Shown: positions 8,665 through 15,266 of the stretch, one piece after another
Position numbering within the stretch: position 1 is the first letter of the stretch
Layout of the letters: the number at the start of each line of letters is the position of its first letter
Source: Brenneria izbisi
Lineage (GTDB): Bacteria; Pseudomonadota; Gammaproteobacteria; Enterobacterales; Enterobacteriaceae
Assembly (NCBI RefSeq): GCF_025840185.1
Contig: NZ_JAMPJU010000002.1
Coordinates: forward strand, 233,536-257,535
DNA: 24,000 nt
Direction: 5' to 3'
The notes under the pieces: model-generated
Databases searched by the model: none
What the model was told of the DNA's origin: nothing
The model's input: the letters and a program-made list of their open reading frames with translations, nothing else
Program-made: the position numbers and the translations under genes

Positions 8665-9517
8665 CGCATGTTGTCCCGCCTCCTGCGGCGAATTGATTCA
8701 GGGATGGATCCTCGGCGGTGAAAAACTGATTTCCTGCCCGGTGGATTGGTTCAGCTATGTCGCGGTTACAGACGGACGCCCGGGCGATATCGAGCGTCCG
8801 GGCATGCGGCGCATGTTGAATCGCGTCATCACCTATCTTGGCCTGCCTGTCGATATCGGGCGCGGCCTGCGTATTGAATTTGACTCCACCATTCCCGTCG
8901 CCAAAGGCATGGCCAGCAGCACGGCCGATATCGCCGCCACCGCACAAGCGACCGCACGTCATCTCGGCGTTACGCTGGATGAGAGCACGCTCGCTACGTT
9001 GTGTGTTCAACTGGAACCCACTGACAGCACGGTGTTTCGCCAGTTGACGCTGTTCGATCATCAAACTGCGGCGACGCAAATTACCTGCGGCTGGCAGCCC
9101 GCGTTGGATATTCTGTTACTGGAAAGCCCGCACACGCTGGCGACAGCGGATTACCATCGGCTTGATCGTCGCTCGTCGTTACTGGGCAATGCCGATGCAT
9201 TGAACAAGGCCTGGCGTCTGTTCGGTTCAGCGATGGAGAAACAGGATCATGCGCGGCTCGGTGAAGCCTGTACGCTGAGCGCGATAGCCAGCCAACAAAC
9301 GCTGACTAAACCCGCTTTCAGCGATTTAATGGCCGTGGTTGAGGACAGCGGGATCCATGGTTTGAACGTCGCACACAGCGGCAGCGTGGTGGGCTTGCTA
9401 CTCGACAGGCATAAACACGATGTGGAAAAACTCATCTGGCGGCTGCAACAGCGTGACGTTCTCCGCCATTATCCCCATCACTATCTGCTGCCGCTGGTGG
9501 CTGGCGGCGTGCGATGA
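8657..9517 (+). CDS. pduX: L-threonine kinase PduX (GHMP kinase family)
   Basis: ORF 8555..9517 trimmed to the in-frame ATG at 8657 (MADACCPASCGELIQGWILGGEKLISCPVDWFSYVAVT...). This matches the remembered Salmonella PduX segment CPASCGELIQGWILGSEKLVSCPVDW. GHMP motif PVAKGMASSTADI. The junction with the cobD stop reads ATGGCTGA (8-nt overlap). Confidence 0.88.
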   Translation: MADACCPASCGELIQGWILGGEKLISCPVDWFSYVAVTDGRPGDIERPGMRRMLNRVITYLGLPVDIGRGLRIEFDSTIPVAKGMASSTADIAATAQATARHLGVTLDESTLATLCVQLEPTDSTVFRQLTLFDHQTAATQITCGWQPALDILLLESPHTLATADYHRLDRRSSLLGNADALNKAWRLFGSAMEKQDHARLGEACTLSAIASQQTLTKPAFSDLMAVVEDSGIHGLNVAHSGSVVGLLLDRHKHDVEKLIWRLQQRDVLRHYPHHYLLPLVAGGVR

Positions 9518-9647
9518 TATTCGTCACCGCTGAGTTTGATGACAAATGTTCACATCACCGAATGATTCTCTACTATGCAAAGAACGGAGACGGTTTCGTG
9601 CGTGATAAATAGCAGCCTCTCTCTATGGCATTCGCGTCACGCACGAC

Positions 9648-10487
9648 TCAGGGCGCTCGCCCGCCATTTTGCAACCGGTTGATATGAATGGTCAGAAACA
9701 TGATCTCATCCGTAGTCAACTGATACTGATAATGTCTTTCAACATATTCATAAACTTTCATTGCACAAGAAAACGCTTGCGGCATAAGCGCCTTAATCCC
9801 CTGATAAATACTGTCATCACCGTGGCTAACCGTTGTCCGGTTCAGCAATCGCAGGGCGAAAAATTTGAGATGCGTAATCAACCGCTGGTAATTCAATGAA
9901 TTTTCATCAATTTTGATGCGTAAATCATATTTCAGGATGGTCAGAATATCTTTAATGATGCTGGCGCTTTGCATCGTGCTCTGCATATCGCTGTGATTAC
10001 TGGCATTGGCTAAATGCAACGCAATAAAACCTGCTTCATCTTCCGGCAAATCAATATCAAACCGGGCGCGAATGAATGACAGCGCCTCCAGCCCGACGAT
10101 AAATTCGCGGTGGTAAAACTGTCGGATATCCCACAGCAAGGCATTTTTTATGGTCTGCCCTTTGTTATGGCGCTGAATGGCAAAATTGATGTGATCGCTT
10201 AACGCCAGAAACAGCGTGTCCTGCACGTCCAGCTTCAGTGTTTTTTGCGCCAGCGTAATAATCTGTTGCGTTACCGCAAGACAACCAGGCGGGATCTCAG
10301 CCAGCAATTGGGATAAAACTTCAGTCAGACCATCGGTTTTTTTGACAAACTGGCTTTCGATTCTCTCGGCATCAACCGCATCACCACTCTTTTTACCAAA
10401 GCCTACGCCTTTGCCGATCGCAACAATCTCCTTATTATCATCAACCAGCAAGACTGCGTTGTTGCTCAATATTTTTTCAATTTTCAT
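9648..10487 (-). CDS. BglG/LicT/SacY-family transcription antiterminator (CAT RNA-binding domain + PRD1 + PRD2)
   Basis: ORF 9648..10496 begins at a TTG. I prefer the ATG at 10487 (MKIEKILSNNAVLLVDDNKEIVAIGKGVGFGKK...). It is collinear with remembered E. coli BglG (KILNNNVV...G.GIGF.K; LLWDI; GFIA.HL; YQRL.THLKF; EIMFL.I.I.R). The positions of the regulatory PRD histidines are retained (LSDHINF, ALHLANA, THLKFF). Confidence 0.9.
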   Translation of the reverse strand: MKIEKILSNNAVLLVDDNKEIVAIGKGVGFGKKSGDAVDAERIESQFVKKTDGLTEVLSQLLAEIPPGCLAVTQQIITLAQKTLKLDVQDTLFLALSDHINFAIQRHNKGQTIKNALLWDIRQFYHREFIVGLEALSFIRARFDIDLPEDEAGFIALHLANASNHSDMQSTMQSASIIKDILTILKYDLRIKIDENSLNYQRLITHLKFFALRLLNRTTVSHGDDSIYQGIKALMPQAFSCAMKVYEYVERHYQYQLTTDEIMFLTIHINRLQNGGRAP

Positions 10488-10534
10488 CACAGTCAATCCC
10501 AGTCAGCGGCGTGGTGCAACCTATCGGGAAATGG

Positions 10535-10590
10535 GCGAAAAAAAACCTGACACCAACCATATCAACAATAACATGGTTGGTGTCAGGTTT
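10535..10590 (-). terminator. Strong Rho-independent terminator in the leader of the antiterminator gene
   Basis: Minus-strand RNA: AAACCUGACACCAACCAU-guuauuguugau-AUGGUUGGUGUCAGGUUU-UUUUU. This is a perfect 15-bp core stem (10546-10560 with 10573-10587), extendable to 18 bp, with a 12-nt loop and eight consecutive U. On the plus strand the A-run precedes the stem, so it is minus-strand specific. It sits 48 nt upstream of the antiterminator ATG. Confidence 0.85.
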
Positions 10591-10624
10591 CGCTCAGGTC
10601 GCCCTAATCACGTCCGACCGTGAC

Positions 10625-10653
10625 GTTATATCCGCTATCTTAAAGCGACTCAA
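10625..10653 (-). promoter_or_regulatory. Candidate sigma70 promoter for the antiterminator leader
   Basis: The minus strand reads TTGAGT (10653-10648), a 17-nt spacer, then TATAAC (10630-10625). The predicted start near 10618 would give a leader of about 130 nt that contains the terminator above. This is pattern match only. Confidence 0.4.
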
Positions 10654-10739
10654 ACGCCGCCGGAGCAATCTGTGATGGATATCACCGATAATCCACTGCC
10701 TGATGATAAAAGATACGCCGTTACCGACACTGAATAAAT

Positions 10740-10790
10740 GTCTCTGCTTTCTCAGAGACAAAGGGGATGCGGAACCCGCATTCCCCTTTC
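10740..10790 (-). terminator. Tandem hairpins immediately after the yjbH stop (probable yjbEFGH operon terminator)
   Basis: The first hairpin begins 7 nt after the yjbH stop: AAAGGGGAAUGCGG-guu-CCGCAUCCCCUUU, 13 bp with a one-base bulge (10760-10790). The second is GUCUCUG-agaaag-CAGAGAC (10740-10759), followed by AUUUAUU. The U tracts are short, so efficiency is uncertain. Confidence 0.5.
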
Positions 10791-10797
10791 AATGAGA

Positions 10798-12927
10798 TCA
10801 ATGATCCGTCACGCCGTACAACGAGGTGCGACGTTGCAGCATCTGCCCGCCATCACGCGTCAACGGCACCCAACCAACGGAACCGCGCTTCACGGTTGGT
10901 TCGGTAAACAGTAAGTCAAACGGCACCGAGATATAGAAGCCTTTGGTAAAGCTGCCCTCCCCGTATTCGCTTGAACTGACATCCGTTTTAGTCGCAAATG
11001 CACCGGCGATAATGCCGCTGTCAAAGCGGCGGGACAGATCAAGCGTAACCCCTTTATCCCCAGCCAGATAACGTCCGACGCTCACCTTCGCCAGCGCCCC
11101 TTCCACAAACGGCAACTCCCAGTATGCGGTCAGGTGGCCTGTCACGACATCGTAGTCAGTTGTTTTCATGATGTCGTTCCAGTCACGTTGTTTCACGTAA
11201 TTGACATCCAATCCCAGCGCCCAGCTTTGACCAAACGGTCGATACAAGACTTCGGAACCGACACCGGCATACATCATTTCCAAATAACCGCCGTAGACCT
11301 GGGTGTACCAATCACGGGACGGGTTATCCATACGCGTTAGTTGCAGGTTGGTCAGCAGTAAATCAGAAGAAGTGACATATTCCCTGATCCAGGTTCTGAC
11401 GCGCGGCAACGCGGCGCCGTCGGCAGGCGGCGTTTTATAATTGAACTTATCGTAATTATTGAACAGGTTCAGCGAGGCGGTTGCGCCAATTGACCAGTGA
11501 TCCGTCAGACGATAATCCACATTCCCTTTCAAAGCCACCTGATACATATAGAAGGATTCAGAACCGCCAATAGATTGGGTCAACGCCGGATCCAATGAAT
11601 AGGAGAAACGCTTCGGTTCAGTACGCAGTACCTGCTGACCTCGCGCCTCAGACAGCGGCTCCGCGCGATGCGTTTCCGGTTCAGGCTGGCCCAACGGCGT
11701 CGCTGATTGCTGCACCTGATGGAACGCTTTGGCATCCACCTGAGTGCTGGCTATCGGCAGGCGTTGGTTGCGCTGCACGATGTGGTATTCACTGACGCCT
11801 TCCGGCACATGGTTCGCCAGTACCGTGGCCGCACGCAGCGAGGCTTCGTCGTTATCGCGATATTTATCCTGCTGCGCCACTATCGTCACCTGACGCGGGT
11901 CGGCATAAATATCCGCTTCACGATACCCGGCCTTGTCATCCAGTTCTTTTGCCACCTGTTGCCAGTTGGTGCCTTTGCCATCACGCACCGGCGCATACAC
12001 TGGCGGCGCATCGTCAACATGGGAAGGCTTCAGACTGTCAAAGTTGGTGCGCAGGGTAAAGCCCCACATCAGGGTATTACCACGTTGCCAGGAAAGGGTG
12101 GTGTCCAGCACATTGCCTACGCGATACACCATCCCCACATTAAGAGGGGAATCCTGAGTAATTTTCTCTCTACGACCACGATCGGCGGCTTCATTGCTGT
12201 AGTCGTTCGCATCATATTCCAATTTCAAACGCAGCGGATCCCACGGCGTTTGGTATTCGATCCCGGCGAACAACGCCGCCGGACCGTGGAAGAAGTTCTT
12301 CACTTCAAACTTACCGGTTCCCGTATTATCAGTACGAGTACAGAAGCCGTCAGACAGCGAACAAGCCGGGTTTCTGATATTGCCGCTTTCCGCCATATTT
12401 CCCCAGCCCATGCCGAGGGTAAAGTCAAACGGCCCCATGCGCTTGCTGGCCACCAGGTATTCACTGTCAAATAATCCTGTCCCGGCGATATCACGAAATC
12501 CGACCGACACATCGGGTAACCAGTAACTTTCCTGCCACAACCGGGCTTTGAGATCGAAGGCTTTGTCTTTATAGGTTTGATCACCACTGAAAGCGGGATC
12601 GTTGCTATAGAGACGAGTACGAATATCCGTGTAGCGCACCGTGGTTTCCAGCCAGTCGAACAACTGTAACGATACCGAATAACGGCGATATTCATCGTTA
12701 TCACGGTAGCTCAGGCTGAACTCGCCGGTTTCCGCCATACGCGCTGTCGGCATTTGTAATAAACCGGTGCCGCCAAAATCGGACTGTGAGACGCCGGCGG
12801 GTTGATAACGGGTATTCAGGTTGGTTTCGCTGCTGTTTGGCGTATCAGCGGCCATCGCCTGCGCACTCAAAATGCTGCCGATTGCCAACGACAGACAGCC
12901 AAGTTTAAAATTTCTGTTTTTTGTCAT
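10798..12927 (-). CDS. yjbH: YjbH/GfcD-family outer-membrane exopolysaccharide protein
   Basis: 709-aa ORF, comparable to the roughly 700 aa of E. coli YjbH. It has an N-terminal signal peptide (MTKNRNFKLGCLSLAIGSILSAQAMA) and beta-rich, aromatic-rich sequence to the C-terminus. It is the last gene of a yjbE-F-G-H-ordered set. Its ATG overlaps the yjbG stop by 1 nt (TGATG). Confidence 0.85.
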   Translation of the reverse strand: MTKNRNFKLGCLSLAIGSILSAQAMAADTPNSSETNLNTRYQPAGVSQSDFGGTGLLQMPTARMAETGEFSLSYRDNDEYRRYSVSLQLFDWLETTVRYTDIRTRLYSNDPAFSGDQTYKDKAFDLKARLWQESYWLPDVSVGFRDIAGTGLFDSEYLVASKRMGPFDFTLGMGWGNMAESGNIRNPACSLSDGFCTRTDNTGTGKFEVKNFFHGPAALFAGIEYQTPWDPLRLKLEYDANDYSNEAADRGRREKITQDSPLNVGMVYRVGNVLDTTLSWQRGNTLMWGFTLRTNFDSLKPSHVDDAPPVYAPVRDGKGTNWQQVAKELDDKAGYREADIYADPRQVTIVAQQDKYRDNDEASLRAATVLANHVPEGVSEYHIVQRNQRLPIASTQVDAKAFHQVQQSATPLGQPEPETHRAEPLSEARGQQVLRTEPKRFSYSLDPALTQSIGGSESFYMYQVALKGNVDYRLTDHWSIGATASLNLFNNYDKFNYKTPPADGAALPRVRTWIREYVTSSDLLLTNLQLTRMDNPSRDWYTQVYGGYLEMMYAGVGSEVLYRPFGQSWALGLDVNYVKQRDWNDIMKTTDYDVVTGHLTAYWELPFVEGALAKVSVGRYLAGDKGVTLDLSRRFDSGIIAGAFATKTDVSSSEYGEGSFTKGFYISVPFDLLFTEPTVKRGSVGWVPLTRDGGQMLQRRTSLYGVTDH

Positions 12928-13706
12928 CAGAATGGGATCCGGTTAGCAAGATAGTCAGCAAGCTGATCGTTCAGCGCGGCCATGTCACTGGGCAACGTTG
13001 ACGGATCAAAACCAATAAACAGCGTTTCTCCCGCGGCAGGCTCAATATGTTTACGGTTCCAGAGCGCCAGCGGCACTTTCCGCCATGTACCGTTACCGCC
13101 TATCAGATAGCCAACGCTTTTATCCGCCCCCGCCAGCAGTCGTCTACCGGCGATATAACGCTCGATTGACCATCCAGACTGAAGCGCGACGTGTCCTGAT
13201 GTTTCCAGTTCACCCACATCGGCTGAGGTATTCACTAACCCTATCAGCGAAATATTGGCGGTATGCTGGGGAACATACAGCGCATACTCCCCTACCAGCG
13301 GACGATTATTCTTCAGGTAAATCCGCACGAGATCAGGGTCGAGATCGGTGTGAATTCGACCAGCGACATTAATCGGCTCCAGCGTTTTACGCAGCAACCA
13401 CGCCGATATCGCCAGATCGCCGTCACCAGAATTACGCCAACGCGTTTCCAGTTCCGCCAGTTTTGATCTTAATGCATCGCCCTGCTCATATATTTTTTGC
13501 GTAGTGGCGAAATCTGAAATCAATGCCGCTTGCCAGTTTGCATTTTGCGGAAAGACCACCTGCTCATAAAATTTTTCTAGACGCGTACCATCATCCAGCT
13601 TTACTACCGCAATAGTCTGCTGCGGATCCTTAACCGTTAACTGAGCGGCGGTCGCCGCCCCGGAAACCAGCAGCAACAAGGTAGCCATACGAGTGAGTGC
13701 CAACAT
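12927..13706 (-). CDS. yjbG: YjbG/GfcC-family periplasmic capsule/EPS assembly protein
   Basis: 259-aa ORF with a signal peptide (MLALTRMATLLLLVSGAATAAQ). AAGGGG lies 6 nt upstream of the ATG at 13706. Size and position between the yjbF and yjbH homologues fit. The family call rests on gene order and size, with only modest sequence recall. Confidence 0.75.
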   Translation of the reverse strand: MLALTRMATLLLLVSGAATAAQLTVKDPQQTIAVVKLDDGTRLEKFYEQVVFPQNANWQAALISDFATTQKIYEQGDALRSKLAELETRWRNSGDGDLAISAWLLRKTLEPINVAGRIHTDLDPDLVRIYLKNNRPLVGEYALYVPQHTANISLIGLVNTSADVGELETSGHVALQSGWSIERYIAGRRLLAGADKSVGYLIGGNGTWRKVPLALWNRKHIEPAAGETLFIGFDPSTLPSDMAALNDQLADYLANRIPF

Positions 13707-13715
13707 GTAAGCCCC

Positions 13716-14393
13716 TTATTGTACGTATGGTTTTAATACGGTGAACTTCACCAGCGCCATATCCGGCCCCATATATTGATAGCTCTGCACCACCTGTCCA
13801 TTAGACGGTTCAATCCAGTAGCTATTGGTATAGCTTGCGTTCAATGCCGGAACAGTAACCTGTTCATCAAAACGCACCAATTCACGTGATTTATCCAGAA
13901 TCGTTAACGTTTCCTTACCACGGGAACGAAATATCGACGTTACCTCATAGCCGCCCCGGAACACCTGCGCCCATTCAAAACGACTTTGCCACGTCATCGG
14001 CGTGGTTGATTTCAGCAATCCCAATGCCAGTGGATCCCGGTCAAGATTATTGACATTCGTAATGTCTTCACCAAATCCCTGGGTTTTAACCAAACGACCA
14101 TGCTGCGTCACGATCATATTTTTATCCGCAGCGATCCATTTCAGTTGTTCCTGCTCGGCGAACGCCAGAACCACAAACGCCTGCGGCGCATCGCCAACTT
14201 TCAGATAAGCGGAAGCATAAGGCGTATTTTCAACCTGTCTGGCGGTGACATAAGTATCATCCTGTCCCAGAAAGGCCAGCTTAGCGGTTCTGCTAAAGGC
14301 ATCCATTTTTTGGGAACAACCGGTCAGGATAATTGAGGCGAGAGGTATGGCAATCAGCACATTCATTTTTGCCATGCGTTTTATTTTGGTCAT
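13716..14393 (-). CDS. yjbF: YjbF/GfcB-family lipoprotein
   Basis: ORF 13716..14441 trimmed to the ATG at 14393 (MTKIKRMAKMNVLIAIPLASIILTGCSQ...). It carries a lipobox (LTGC). The downstream sequence resembles remembered E. coli YjbF (LAF.G.DD......Q....PYAS.Y...G..PQAF.VLA.AE). Starts at 14375 or 14366 are also possible. Confidence 0.8.
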   Translation of the reverse strand: MTKIKRMAKMNVLIAIPLASIILTGCSQKMDAFSRTAKLAFLGQDDTYVTARQVENTPYASAYLKVGDAPQAFVVLAFAEQEQLKWIAADKNMIVTQHGRLVKTQGFGEDITNVNNLDRDPLALGLLKSTTPMTWQSRFEWAQVFRGGYEVTSIFRSRGKETLTILDKSRELVRFDEQVTVPALNASYTNSYWIEPSNGQVVQSYQYMGPDMALVKFTVLKPYVQ

Positions 14394-14423
14394 TGAATGA
14401 AATTCCCGCTGAACAGCTTGACC

Positions 14424-14453
14424 CGGAAAAAGAAAGGCCACCGAAGTGGCCTT
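14424..14453 (-). terminator. Intra-operon Rho-independent terminator/attenuator between yjbE and yjbF
   Basis: Minus-strand RNA: AAGGCCAC-UUCG-GUGGCCUU followed by UCUUUUUCC. This is a perfect 8-bp GC-rich stem (14453-14446 with 14441-14434) with a UUCG tetraloop and a U-rich tail. It begins 15 nt after the yjbE stop and ends about 30 nt before the yjbF start. Confidence 0.75.
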
Positions 14454-14468
14454 GTAATAGAAACAATA

Positions 14469-14756
14469 TTAACCAGCAGTGCTGGTAGTCGTGCTTGTGC
14501 TTGTACCAGTGCTGCCATTGTCATCGTCATTGGCAACGGCAACAGCGACACCCGCAGCCACAGCCGCAGCGACACCCACAGTAATCAGACCAGTGGTGCC
14601 TGCCGCAGAACCTGCGCCAGCGGCGCCGGCAGCGCCAGCGGTGGTGGTAACTGTCGTGGAGGAACCAGCAGCGGTTTCACTGGAAACACCATCAACAGCA
14701 AACGCATTTGACGACATGGCTAATACCGCAGCCAGTGTAATTAACGTTTTCTTCAT
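14469..14756 (-). CDS. yjbE: YjbE/GfcA-like small secreted Thr/Ser/Ala/Gly-rich protein
   Basis: ORF 14469..14927 trimmed to the ATG at 14756 (95 aa), with AAGGAAA 4 nt upstream. It has a signal peptide (MKKTLITLAAVLAMSSNAFA), then a low-complexity A/G/S/T region, a hydrophobic AAAVAAGVAVAVA stretch, and a C-terminal NDDDNGSTGTSTSTTTSTAG. This is the same architecture as remembered E. coli YjbE. The 57 in-frame upstream codons start at a TTG and look non-coding. Confidence 0.8.
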   Translation of the reverse strand: MKKTLITLAAVLAMSSNAFAVDGVSSETAAGSSTTVTTTAGAAGAAGAGSAAGTTGLITVGVAAAVAAGVAVAVANDDDNGSTGTSTSTTTSTAG

Positions 14757-15222
14757 ACGATTTCCTTTTTTGAACATGAAGTACTTCAGCAGGGTGGAGT
14801 ATCGCCGATTCGACCATACCCCGTCCTTCATTTCGGTCAGACCAGGAACAGGAGAACATCTTTCTACCCTTAGCCGGACCGAGACTGGGGTCCACCCAGT
14901 CGTGCATGGCAGTAAAAACCACCTCAAACCAAGAACTGAGACATATGCCCCAGAACAATTTGCGCAACACCGTTAAAAATAGCAAGATTCTGACACAATA
15001 GACAATGAAGATATCAGTATAAAAAGAAGTTTACTTAATTATATTTACAAAAATGAGAGAAAAAAAACGATAAAAATCTGAGCGATAACAACATAAAGCG
15101 CATTCTCAGCAAAATACCAGATATTTCCTAATCTGATATTTCAGGCTATTAATAAATTTATCATTTATTTTATGCTTGCCAGATTAGCTATTTCCGTCGT
15201 CCTTTCCCGTGATTTTTCGCCC

Positions 15223-15266
15223 CTTCCGCCCTGTTCGAACCTGCGCAGGAACGAATGGGGCGGAAG
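15223..15266. repeat. 44-nt near-perfect dyad-symmetry element just downstream of gnd
   Basis: CTTCCGCCC-tg-TTCG-aa-CCTG-cg-CAGG-aa-CGAA-tg-GGGCGGAAG. The outer arms are 9 bp and the inner arms 4+4 bp, with symmetric mismatches. It starts 15 nt past the gnd stop. There is no U tract on either strand, so it is not a canonical terminator. Confidence 0.6.

Noticed and set aside
9597-9645. 9-bp GC-rich inverted repeat CGTGCGTGA ... TCACGCACG with a 31-nt loop, 2 nt after the antiterminator stop. It could be a second RAT/terminator (t2-like) or a convergent-gene terminator.
   Set aside because: The loop is too large and there is no U tract on either strand. It shows no resemblance to RAT, and no gene follows it on the minus strand. 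It is recorded only as an inverted repeat.
10675-10737. 20-codon plus-strand ORF (MDITDNPLPDDKRYAVTDTE) with GGAG 9 nt upstream, followed by the hairpins at 10740-10790.
   Set aside because: It is too short to evaluate, there is no plausible promoter, and it overlaps the region better explained as the yjbH terminator and antiterminator promoter on the other strand. It is not worth a call without conservation or ribosome-profiling data.
14479-14976. 165-aa plus-strand ORF rich in A/P/V/T, and an apparent repeat-like GCN periodicity that could be mistaken for a tandem repeat or array.
   Set aside because: It is the antisense frame of the low-complexity Ala/Gly/Thr/Ser-rich yjbE coding sequence. 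The periodicity is codon-level low complexity. There are no conserved repeat units with unique spacers.
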